A program made the position numbers and the translations under genes. Below the pieces are notes generated by a model. The model saw only the letters and a list, made by a program, of their open reading frames with translations, searched no databases and was not told the origin of the DNA. A stretch of 64,000 nt of DNA, taken from contig JAVEXP010000001.1 in the NCBI GenBank assembly GCA_034003985.1, positions 68,924 through 132,923 on the forward strand. The letters run 5' to 3'. Shown here piece by piece: positions 51,055 through 58,631 of the stretch; the stretch's first letter is position 1; each line of letters starts with the position of its first letter. This stretch comes from Patescibacteria group bacterium (GTDB lineage Bacteria; Patescibacteriota; Patescibacteriia; Buchananbacterales; UBA6539).

Positions 51055-51111
51055 AATTTTATTTAGCAAGCGCGAACCGGCTAGCCCGTGTTAGGTGATG
51101 TAAATCCGATT
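51055..51111. repeat. Intercassette repeat (short type, 57 bp) carrying core c4
   Basis: 'attttatttagcaagcgcgaaccggctagcccgtgttaggtgatgtaaatccgattc'. It is homologous to 52645-52699. Confidence 0.55.
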
Positions 51112-52149
51112 CTACAAAATTTCAAATTCATGTTCTTTGTTGTCCTCGACTATCTTAAGGAACTCATCGAATTCATTTCTTTTTTTATTGATAATATTTT
51201 CTAAAACATCGATTTTCAAATCCCTCAATCCTGTCGGCATGTTTGGGTCTAAATCATAACCTAGCAGGAAAATGTCGACGACTTTTATGTCATGATTGTG
51301 TCGTTCTATAATTCCCTTATACCCTAATATTTGACCAATATGATCAGCCTTGATTTTAACAGATGGCCGTTTTAATTCGACTAATACAACATGGTTAGAA
51401 TCTTGTAAGAACATTTTTACAATTAAGTCTGGTCTCTTACCGAGCTCGGGGTCGTCTTCTAAATTTTTGTCGAGATAATCGCTCAAGGTTTTGTCACTTC
51501 TAACTAGATCATAGTTATTATCCAAGAGCCACAAATTTTTTTCTAACAACTTATGTATCTCTCTTTCCTTCGTATCCTTTTGTTTAATAAGGTGCCCAAG
51601 TAGTTTAATAAGTGATATCTTTTTTCTTACCAACTCAGCTATTGTGCTGATCTGTCCTATTCTGAGCTCATTCAAAATTGCTACAAAATTGTCCAATTCG
51701 TCATTTTTAGCGTCTGACAATTGTTTAAGAAGAAAGTCGACATTTTCTGCCTTAATTTCATAAACTCTAACCGCTAATTTATCTAAAGCCTCGAAGCTAG
51801 CCTGAGATAAGCCAGCTACATTTTTATTTGAGAGGATCTTTTGAAGAAAATCAGGGTTACTTGCAAGTATCTCATTTAGGTTGTGAAGTACTTCTTGTTC
51901 CGTTGAATATTTAGTACTTGTTGGCCACTGATGGTATTGGTATGTTTCAGATTCGATGAGTTCCTTAAGATGATTCCAATCATCCAGGTATAAATTAAAT
52001 TTGCCAGTTTTCTCTGGATGACCGGTATGTACTCTTTCTAGGATAATATAGTTGCGATCTTGATGTTCTCCGTCACCAATTACTGCCAGCGTTGTAATGC
52101 CACTTTTCCAGGCTTTTGTGACTTTCTTTAAAAGTTTAAATTTTGTCAT
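51112..52149 (-). CDS. PD-(D/E)xK nuclease-fold protein, DUF4263/Shedu-like candidate
   Basis: 'RPDLIVKMFLQDSNHVVLVELKRP' fits PD...(D/E)xK. The upstream 'EREIHKLLEKNLWLLDNNY' resembles the helix preceding DUF4263 nuclease cores. The gene is flanked at both ends by a 26/28-identical inverted repeat. Confidence 0.5.
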   Translation of the reverse strand: MTKFKLLKKVTKAWKSGITTLAVIGDGEHQDRNYIILERVHTGHPEKTGKFNLYLDDWNHLKELIESETYQYHQWPTSTKYSTEQEVLHNLNEILASNPDFLQKILSNKNVAGLSQASFEALDKLAVRVYEIKAENVDFLLKQLSDAKNDELDNFVAILNELRIGQISTIAELVRKKISLIKLLGHLIKQKDTKEREIHKLLEKNLWLLDNNYDLVRSDKTLSDYLDKNLEDDPELGKRPDLIVKMFLQDSNHVVLVELKRPSVKIKADHIGQILGYKGIIERHNHDIKVVDIFLLGYDLDPNMPTGLRDLKIDVLENIINKKRNEFDEFLKIVEDNKEHEFEIL

Positions 52150-52293
52150 AGAATCGGATTTATGTCACCTAACGTATCGGCGTATCTGAAGTTTGGTTGG
52201 AGTAATCTGCTATAATTGCGCGAAGCGTCAGCAGATTGCGGAAACCGAATTTGGGCGAAGCGAGCGTTAAGAATAAAATATATATTTATGAAA
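52150..52293. repeat. Intercassette repeat (long type, 144 bp) carrying inverted core c5 and an internal 8-bp-stem hairpin
   Basis: 'gaatcggatttatgtcacctaacgtatcgg' is rc-homologous to c4. The hairpin 'aatctgct...agcagatt' is at 52204-52237. The tail 'cgaatttgggcgaagcgagcgttaagaataaaat' matches the 50577-50607 tail. Confidence 0.55.
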
Positions 52294-52644
52294 TTATTTA
52301 TTATCAAGAGAATCTAAAAAATTTTTAATGTTGGCTAAATGTCTTTCTTCTATCTTTTTTATTGAGTATATTTTAATTGAATCATGTTCGTATGAATAAG
52401 CGTCTGGTGGAATTTCTTTTGGCTCATATTTAGTTTTATCCTTTTCTTTAAATTTTATTTCGCCATTTTCTACGGTGTAGATTTCTCGACTAAGCCAACC
52501 TTGTTTTTGTGAACTATCTCTGTATATATAAATTTTTTTAGATTCCACGTCCAAAACACACATATTGACTTTTCGTTTTAGTTGTTGAGAAAGTGTAATC
52601 TTTTTAACTAACTCAACATTTGCAGATGTTGGGAAAGATTTCAT
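52294..52644 (-). CDS. Hypothetical 116-aa protein
   Basis: It has an ATG and is Lys-rich, with no recognisable motif. Confidence 0.4.
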   Translation of the reverse strand: MKSFPTSANVELVKKITLSQQLKRKVNMCVLDVESKKIYIYRDSSQKQGWLSREIYTVENGEIKFKEKDKTKYEPKEIPPDAYSYEHDSIKIYSIKKIEERHLANIKNFLDSLDNK

Positions 52645-52736
52645 AAATATATATTTTATTTAGCCCGCGTAGCCAGATACGCCGTGTTATATGATGTAAT
52701 AAAAAGCTATACTATTTCTAAAATAATTTTGGCAAT
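52645..52736. repeat. Intercassette repeat (short type) carrying core c6 ('gtgttatatgatgtaa')
   Basis: It aligns with 51055-51111 through 'TACATCA..TAACACGG...CGCG..GCTAAATAAAAT'. Confidence 0.5.
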
Positions 52737-53084
52737 TTATTTCAGATCCTTGTTATTTTTAGTGTTCGGATTAGGTCCATATTTATTTTGATCCGGCTCG
52801 CTGTCTGATGCCAAACGTATAATAAGCCACCATGGTGCAAATATCGACCAGCCACTTTTTCCAGTATCGTGTAATCTTCTAATTAAGACTGCTATCCATG
52901 GTGTTAGCGTTGCTAAAAAAAATAAATACCCAAGCATGCTCTCACTATCTCCGATAATGTAACCAATGAATTCAAGAGCAAAAAAAATCAAGTAATTAAA
53001 TAACGTAAAATACCAAAATTCGGCTTTCGTTGATCTCCCAGTAAATTGAGCGTATTTTTTCAAACCTAGAATGTAGTAGTTCAT
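52737..53084 (-). CDS. DUF805 family membrane protein
   Basis: 'RRLHDTGKSGWSI' is the DUF805 signature. It has 3 TM helices. Confidence 0.7.
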   Translation of the reverse strand: MNYYILGLKKYAQFTGRSTKAEFWYFTLFNYLIFFALEFIGYIIGDSESMLGYLFFLATLTPWIAVLIRRLHDTGKSGWSIFAPWWLIIRLASDSEPDQNKYGPNPNTKNNKDLK

Positions 53085-53228
53085 ATTGTTTTAAAATAAA
53101 TTACCAAAATTATTAATGAATTAAAGAGGCTTTTTGTTATGTCATATAACTACTATTATACGAACTTTGTTGATTTTTTGTTGAAATTAAGGTAAAATTT
53201 AAGCACCAACATAGCGCCTATAACCTAG

Positions 53229-53241
53229 TTACATCCTAACA
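53229..53241. repeat. Inverted core copy c7 ('gttacatcctaac'), 20 bp upstream of the recombinase start codon
   Basis: Its rc 'gttaggatgtaac' matches the 'gttaggtgatgtaa' core family. Confidence 0.4.
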
Positions 53242-53260
53242 AATAACTGGAAAAAATGCT

Positions 53261-54085
53261 ATGTTTTTTGATGCCTTAAAAAAAGAGCTAGAAATTCGCA
53301 ATTTAAGCGAAAAGACAGCCAGGGCTTATCTGTATTATAATGGTGATTTGCTTAAATTCTGCAAAAAAACACCCGAATCAATTAAGGAATTGGATATAAA
53401 AGAGTATGTTAGACATTTGGTTGTGGAAAGGCGGGCTTCGGCTTCGACTGTCAGACTGGCTTTGAATGCTTTAAAATTTTATTACTCAAATATTAAGAAA
53501 CGCCGGTTTGATTATCTTTCTAAGGCGGTGTTGCCTAAAAAACCAAAAAGGTTGCCGGTGGTTTTATCTAAATCCGAAGTGGCAAAATTGTTAAGTTGCG
53601 TTGTCAACAATAAACATCGGTTAATTTTGTCGCTGATGTATTCTTCCGGCTTGAGAGTTAGTGAAGTTGTAACTTTAAGAACTCAGGACTTTGATTTGGA
53701 AAATAAAATTTTGTGGGTTAGACAGGGTAAGGGCAGAAAGGATCGACGAACAATCATTGCTGAAAAGTTAATTGATGATTTAAATCAATTGATCAGCTGT
53801 AAAGAAGTTGGTGATTATATTTTTCCCAGCCAGGATGGGATTGGACATCTTACCGCCCGAACAGCAGAAAAGATTTTTCAATCCGCACTGGTTAAATCAG
53901 GAGTCAAGAAGGAAGCGACATGCCATAGTTTGCGCCATAGTTTTGCCACTCATCTTTTGGAAGATGGGACTGATATTCGTTATATTCAAAGTTTGTTGGG
54001 ACATCAAAGTTTAACAACTACTCAGATCTATACCAAAGTGAGCAGTGGGCATTTAAGTCAGATCAAATCACCATTTGATTGTTAG
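53261..54085 (+). CDS. Tyrosine site-specific recombinase (XerC/XerD-like integrase)
   Basis: It has an N-terminal SAM-like domain. The C-terminal 'HSLRHSFATHLLEDGTDIRYIQSLLGHQSLTTTQIYTKV' contains the catalytic R-H-R-Y residues. Confidence 0.85.
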   Translation: MFFDALKKELEIRNLSEKTARAYLYYNGDLLKFCKKTPESIKELDIKEYVRHLVVERRASASTVRLALNALKFYYSNIKKRRFDYLSKAVLPKKPKRLPVVLSKSEVAKLLSCVVNNKHRLILSLMYSSGLRVSEVVTLRTQDFDLENKILWVRQGKGRKDRRTIIAEKLIDDLNQLISCKEVGDYIFPSQDGIGHLTARTAEKIFQSALVKSGVKKEATCHSLRHSFATHLLEDGTDIRYIQSLLGHQSLTTTQIYTKVSSGHLSQIKSPFDC

Positions 54086-54094
54086 TTTATTCTT

Positions 54095-54152
54095 TTGTCA
54101 TTGCGAGGATCCGCCAATAGGCGGAGACGAAGTAATCTTCTCGCAGCGACAT
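54095..54152. repeat. Diverged palindromic element ('tgtcattgcgag...ctcgcagcgaca')
   Basis: Its terminal inverted repeats flank a 'ccgcc-aatag-gcgg' hairpin. It is related to the MITE-like family below. Confidence 0.45.
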
Positions 54153-54185
54153 GGAGAGTTTTTTTGGATTACAATTTTAAACCCC

Positions 54186-54299
54186 GTGTCATTCTGAGGC
54201 CGCAGGCCGAAGAATCTCTAGACAGAATTGATGTCCTTTACTTTGAGATCCTTCGCTTCGCTCAGGATGACAAGAAGGTGGCTCAGGATGACAATGGGG
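54186..54299. repeat. MITE-like palindromic repeat copy 1 (A+B modules) with an 18-bp tandem 'ggatgacaaRaaggtg' tail
   Basis: 'tgtcattctgaggccgcaggccgaagaatctct...gagatccttcgcttcgctcaggatgaca'. The termini 'tgtcattctgag'/'ctcaggatgaca' are inverted. The internal arms 'cgaagaatctc' and 'gagatccttcg' are complementary. Confidence 0.6.
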
Positions 54300-54323
54300 T
54301 AGGATTATAGTAATACAATATAT

Positions 54324-54620
54324 ATGCCCGGTAGAATATATTATGTTTATTTAATGGTAAACAAGACTAATACGGTAGTTTATACAGGGGTGACAAATAA
54401 CCTGAGACGACGAGTTTTTGAACATAAGAATAAGTTAGTTAAGGGGTTTACCAGTAAGTATAATGTGAATAAATTGGTTTATTTTGAAGAAACTGAAGAT
54501 GTGTCCACGGCAATTTTTCGTGAAAAACAGATTAAGGGTTGGTTAAGAATAAAGAAAATTAAGTTAATTCAAACACGAAATCAGGGGTTTAAGGATTTAA
54601 GTGAATATTGGTATGATTAA
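54324..54620 (+). CDS. Stand-alone GIY-YIG nuclease domain protein (UPF0213-like)
   Basis: 'YYVYLMVNKTNTVVYTGVTNNLRRRVFEH' carries the GIY..YIG and R..E motifs. Confidence 0.75.
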   Translation: MPGRIYYVYLMVNKTNTVVYTGVTNNLRRRVFEHKNKLVKGFTSKYNVNKLVYFEETEDVSTAIFREKQIKGWLRIKKIKLIQTRNQGFKDLSEYWYD

Positions 54621-54631
54621 TTTTTTACTTT

Positions 54632-54737
54632 GTCATTCTGAGGCCGCAGGCCGAAGAATCTCTGGACAGAATTGTTTGAGATCCTTCGCTTCACTCAGGA
54701 TGACAAAAGAAGATTTCCACGATGACAAAAGAGAGTG
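54632..54737. repeat. MITE-like palindromic repeat copy 2
   Basis: It is near-identical to copy 1 in modules A (54632-54674) and B (54678-54737). Confidence 0.6.
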
Positions 54738-54835
54738 TTTGGTATAACAAAAGAGATGACTTTGGTTCGCAACAATCTGTCTGCTGGTAATCGGTAATGA
54801 CAGATTAGCACCGCGGCAATAAAATACTATTGTTA

Positions 54836-54864
54836 TTGACATAAATTTTGGCTAGGTATACAAT
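54836..54864 (+). promoter_or_regulatory. Consensus sigma70-type promoter (TTGACA, 17 nt, TACAAT)
   Basis: TTGACA at 54836-54841, the spacer 'taaattttggctaggta' and TACAAT at 54859-54864. No ORF follows. Confidence 0.55.
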
Positions 54865-54870
54865 GTGAAT

Positions 54871-55076
54871 ACCTAAGGTGATTGGTAAGGCTACCAACTT
54901 TACAGCGAGATCCTTCGCTTCGCTCAGGATGACAAGAGCGGCTAAACTTTTTAGGCCAATAAAATAAATTGAGTGTCCCGATAAAATCGGGAAAGTTGGG
55001 TGGAACCGCCCCGATAATTTACCTGCCTCGGCAGGTCGGAGTCCCAAGCAGAAATTTTCTGGTTGGTTTTTTGTTT
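54871..55076 (+). ncRNA. Candidate small RNA (about 205 nt) of unknown family, with a 3' intrinsic terminator
   Basis: It has no ORF longer than 12 codons. It carries perfect hairpins 'tcccgat-aaa-atcggga' and 'acctgcc-tc-ggcaggt'. The terminal hairpin is 'ccaagcagaa-attt-ttctggttgg' followed by TTTTTTGTTT. It embeds one B-module repeat at 54907-54936. Confidence 0.4.
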
Positions 55077-55093
55077 GGATATCTTTCGCTTCG

Positions 55094-55150
55094 AGATCCT
55101 TCGCTTCGCTCAGACAAAAGAAGATTTCCACGATGACAAGAAGGTGGCCC
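55094..55150. repeat. MITE-like B-module half copy
   Basis: 'gagatccttcgcttcgctcagacaaaagaagatttccacgatgacaagaaggtggcccaggat'. Confidence 0.5.
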
Positions 55151-55253
55151 AGGATTATAAAGAGAGTGTTTAGGGTAATGGGTGGGGTAATTGCGACAGG
55201 ATTTAGAATGGCATTAGGGTGTTTATTTTGATTATCAACCCAATATCATGTTG

Positions 55254-55396
55254 TGTCATTCTGAGGCCGTAGGCCGAAGAATCTCTGGACAGAATTGTTT
55301 GAGATCCTTCGCTTCGCTCAGGATGACAAAAGAAGATTTCCACGATGACAAGAAGGTGTTCGGGATGACAAGAAGGTGTTCGGGATGACAGGAAGT
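55254..55396. repeat. MITE-like palindromic repeat copy 3 with 2.5 tandem copies of a 20-bp unit 'gatgacaagaaggtgttcgg'
   Basis: It has the A module (55254-55296) and the B module (55301-55340). The tandem units at 55345-55396 run up to the GNAT gene. Confidence 0.6.
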
Positions 55397-55414
55397 GATT
55401 ATCTAAGTATCAAT

Positions 55415-55981
55415 ATGTCTAAAAAAATTATTTTAAAAGGAAAAAAAGTAATTTTACGCCCATTGTCTTTGACTGACGCGCCAAGGTTTTGCCAGTGGCT
55501 AAAAGACCGCGAAGTTACCAAGTTTTTGAGCATTCATGATCAGCCGCCGCCGAGCTTGCAGGAAGAACGCGATTGGATCAGGCGAACCAAAACTCATAAA
55601 CAAAATGTGGTGTTGGCAATTGATACCATTGACGGCCAGCATATCGGGGCAATCAGTCTGCGTTTTTCGCTGGGTGAAGACAAGGTGGCAAATTACGGCA
55701 TCAGTATCGGTGATCAGCGTTATTGGGGACAGGGTTATGGAACGGAAGCGGGCGAATTGATGATTGAATATGGCTTTAAGAAATTAAGATTACACCGGAT
55801 CCATTTGGAGTGTATTGCCTATAATATTCGGGGAATAAAATCTTATCAAAAATTGGGATTCAAAATCGAAGGCAGATTGCGAGATCAGATTTGGCGCGAC
55901 GGGTATTGGCACGATCAAATTCATATGGGAATTTTGGAGCAAGAATACTTCAATAAATCAAAATCTAAGAAAAAGGAGTGA
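55415..55981 (+). CDS. GNAT family N-acetyltransferase (RimJ/RimL-like)
   Basis: 'ISIGDQRYWGQGYGTEAGELMIEYGFKKL' is the acetyl-CoA binding motif A. The ATG at 55415 is preferred, because the upstream part of the ORF is repeat sequence. Confidence 0.8.
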   Translation: MSKKIILKGKKVILRPLSLTDAPRFCQWLKDREVTKFLSIHDQPPPSLQEERDWIRRTKTHKQNVVLAIDTIDGQHIGAISLRFSLGEDKVANYGISIGDQRYWGQGYGTEAGELMIEYGFKKLRLHRIHLECIAYNIRGIKSYQKLGFKIEGRLRDQIWRDGYWHDQIHMGILEQEYFNKSKSKKKE

Positions 55982-55998
55982 TAAATAATTAAAAATAT

Positions 55999-57777
55999 AT
56001 GGATGACAAATTATTAAGAATCAGGCATTCGGCTTCACATGTTTTAGCCCAAGCGGTCTTGGAACTTTATCCGGATGCCAAGCTGGCAATTGGGCCGGCA
56101 ATTGAAGAAGGTTTTTATTATGATTTTGATTTGGGCGGCAAAACTTTTTCCGACCAGGATTTGGCTGAATTGGAAAAAAAGATGCGCCAGATCATCAAAC
56201 AAAATCAGAAATTTGAAAAATCCGATATGGATGCTGATGAGGCGGTCAAGTATATCAAATCCAAACACCAGCCATATAAATTGGAAATGGCTCAGGATTT
56301 ACAAAAAGGCGGAGAAAAGAAATTGGGATTTTATACTATGGTGGCGCAAGACGGCAAGCCCAAGTTTGTTGATCTTTGCGCTGGACCCCATGTCAAGAAT
56401 ACCAAAGAGATTGGGGCGGTTAAATTATTGAAGCTAGCCGGTGCTTATTGGCGGGGAGACGAAAAAAATAAAATGTTGCAACGGATTTATGGGACAGCAT
56501 TTGGTTCTCAGGCTGAGCTGGATGAATATTTAAAGATGGTGGCCGAGGCAGAGAAGCGGGATCATCGTAAGATTGGCAAGGAACTAAAGATTTTTTCGTT
56601 TCACGATATGGTTGGTTCGGGCTTACCATTGTGGCTGCCCAATGGCGGCGTTATGATTGAAGAAATTGAAAAATTGGCCAAAGAAATGGAAGAACAAGCC
56701 GGTTACAGCCGGGTTAAAACTCCTCATCTGGCTAAAGAAGAAATGTATCAGACTTCCGGGCATTTGCCTTATTATGAAGAGAGTATGTTTCCGCCAATGG
56801 TGGTAGACGATGACGGGCGCAAAACCAAGTATTATCTTAAGGCGATGAATTGTCCTCATCATCATTTGATTTTTGCGTCGGAAATGCGCAGTTACCGTGA
56901 TTTGCCAATTCGTTTAGCCGAATATGGTACCTGCTACCGTTATGAAAAAAGCGGTGAATTGTTTGGATTGATGAGGGTTCGTTCCATGCAAATGAACGAT
57001 GCTCATATTTATTGTACCGAAGATCAATTTGAGTCGGAATTTTTGGCAGTGATTGATTTGTATCTAAAGTATTTTGAGATATTTAATATTGAGAAATATG
57101 TGATGCGTTTCAGCACTCATAGCAAAGAAGGGCTTGGCAAGAAATATATTGATAATGAAAAATTGTGGCTGAAGACCGAAGAAATGATCAGGAAACTATT
57201 GACCAAAAACAAGGTGCCATTTGTGGAAGTGACAAATGAAGCGGCTTTTTATGGACCAAAAATTGATGTTCAGATTTGGAGTGCCATTGGCCGGGAATTT
57301 ACCCTGGCTACCAACCAAGTTGATTTTGCAGTTCCCGAGAGATTTGGTTTGGTTTATGTCGACAACGAGGGCAAAGAGAAAACCCCGATTTGCATTCACC
57401 GGGCGCCGCTTTCTACTCATGAAAGATTAATCGGATTTTTGATTGAACATTATGCCGGTGCTTTCCCAACTTGGTTAGCGCCAGTTCAAGTTCAGATTGT
57501 TTCCGTTGGTCAAGATTTTATTGAGTTTTGCCAGCAATTGGCCACTGAATTGGTCAGTCAAGGGATTAGGGTAAAGATTGATGACGCCAACGAAACCGTT
57601 GGTAATAAGATCAGAAAAGCCGAAAAACAAAAAATTCCCTATATGTTGGTGATTGGTGAAAAGGAAGTCAAAGGTAAGGAGTTAAGTGTTCGACTGCGTG
57701 GTCAGAAAGAAATGGTTGGGATGAAGAAAGAAAAATTTGTTGAAAAGGTTGTGGCAGAAATAAAAAATAGGAAGTAA
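55999..57777 (+). CDS. thrS: Threonine--tRNA ligase (lacks the N-terminal TGS/editing extension)
   Basis: It has the class II core 'CPHHHLIF' zinc site, 'FGLMRVRSMQMNDAHIY', and a C-terminal anticodon-binding domain. Confidence 0.95.
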   Translation: MDDKLLRIRHSASHVLAQAVLELYPDAKLAIGPAIEEGFYYDFDLGGKTFSDQDLAELEKKMRQIIKQNQKFEKSDMDADEAVKYIKSKHQPYKLEMAQDLQKGGEKKLGFYTMVAQDGKPKFVDLCAGPHVKNTKEIGAVKLLKLAGAYWRGDEKNKMLQRIYGTAFGSQAELDEYLKMVAEAEKRDHRKIGKELKIFSFHDMVGSGLPLWLPNGGVMIEEIEKLAKEMEEQAGYSRVKTPHLAKEEMYQTSGHLPYYEESMFPPMVVDDDGRKTKYYLKAMNCPHHHLIFASEMRSYRDLPIRLAEYGTCYRYEKSGELFGLMRVRSMQMNDAHIYCTEDQFESEFLAVIDLYLKYFEIFNIEKYVMRFSTHSKEGLGKKYIDNEKLWLKTEEMIRKLLTKNKVPFVEVTNEAAFYGPKIDVQIWSAIGREFTLATNQVDFAVPERFGLVYVDNEGKEKTPICIHRAPLSTHERLIGFLIEHYAGAFPTWLAPVQVQIVSVGQDFIEFCQQLATELVSQGIRVKIDDANETVGNKIRKAEKQKIPYMLVIGEKEVKGKELSVRLRGQKEMVGMKKEKFVEKVVAEIKNRK

Positions 57778-57781
57778 AAAT

Positions 57782-58555
57782 ATGGCAGCTGAAAACCCCG
57801 AATATATTCCAGTCGAGGCGCGGGAGCAGTTGACTAATGTTGAATATGGAGTTTTGACTCCCGATGATACAGCTAGCATAGCTGAATACTATCAATTCGA
57901 GATTAATCAAGGTTTTTCCCAGGTTCCCGAACAGTCAAGTTTAGAGGGAATGATTGCCTGGCGCCAAAAGCAGATTCAAGAAGGAAAGCTGCAGGTAGCT
58001 GTTGCCAGGCAGGAAGGTAAAATCGTTGGTACTGCGGTGATGGCTTTGGAAAATGAAATAATGGGCAAAAAATTACAGCCTAATGAAGCCTGGGCGGCTG
58101 GGACGGTGGTTGATAAAAGGTTGTCTGGCCAGGGTGTTGGGCGTGGTCTGGTAGAACAAGAAGATGAGATTGCCAGACAGGCCGGCAAGGAAGCAATCTT
58201 AACAACGATTACCCAGGACAATTTACCCAGCATGAGACTTTATTTGAAATCCGGTTATAGTTTGGAAGCTTTGGATGAACGGGAAGATGAAATTTGTTAT
58301 CGCTATCGTAAGGATTTGAAAGAGTCGGGTCGCAGTGACCAAGGCTGGGTAAAAGCAGTTGAACAAGGAGAGCTAAAACCATTGGACGCTGAAATTGATG
58401 AACAAACCCCAAATCAAATTTTGATTTCGCCGCAAGATTCGCTAAAAGTTAAAGCGGCGTTAGAAGCCGGTTATCGGGGAGTACAATTAGTTTCTCCTCG
58501 CGATTTTGAGGAACAAGAAGTCTTGGATCAGGCTTATTTGGTTTTTACTAAATAG
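57782..58555 (+). CDS. GNAT family acetyltransferase domain protein
   Basis: 'RLSGQGVGRGLVEQ' is motif A-like. The start is 5 nt after the thrS stop. Confidence 0.55.
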   Translation: MAAENPEYIPVEAREQLTNVEYGVLTPDDTASIAEYYQFEINQGFSQVPEQSSLEGMIAWRQKQIQEGKLQVAVARQEGKIVGTAVMALENEIMGKKLQPNEAWAAGTVVDKRLSGQGVGRGLVEQEDEIARQAGKEAILTTITQDNLPSMRLYLKSGYSLEALDEREDEICYRYRKDLKESGRSDQGWVKAVEQGELKPLDAEIDEQTPNQILISPQDSLKVKAALEAGYRGVQLVSPRDFEEQEVLDQAYLVFTK

Positions 58556-58571
58556 TTTTGAAAAACTAAAC

Positions 58572-58615
58572 TAAAAAAATCAGCCCTGCCTCAACTCTTG
58601 CGAGCGAGGCAGGGC
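58572..58615. terminator. Terminator hairpin, strongest for the minus-strand gene
   Basis: A 10-bp perfect stem 'gccctgcctc/gaggcagggc'. The A-run on the plus strand gives a T-run for the minus-strand transcript. Confidence 0.55.
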
Positions 58616-58631
58616 CTTGCGTTTGGGCCGG

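Noticed and set aside
49906-53260. Classical integron (IntI plus attI plus attC cassettes)
   Set aside because: GTTRRRY-like cores exist, but the R''/R' complementary halves flank the ORFs and do not form a single attC after each ORF. The recombinase is 274 aa, which is XerC/D-sized and lacks room for the IntI-specific insertion. It is therefore described as integron-like or Xer-module-like and not as an integron.
54095-55131. Track ORFs 54095-54310 (+), 54633-54842 (-) and 54805-55131 (-)
   Set aside because: They are translations of the palindromic MITE-like repeats (recurring 'ILSEAKDL' / 'ILRFAQDDK' peptides). None has an RBS, and they overlap the promoter and sRNA candidate.
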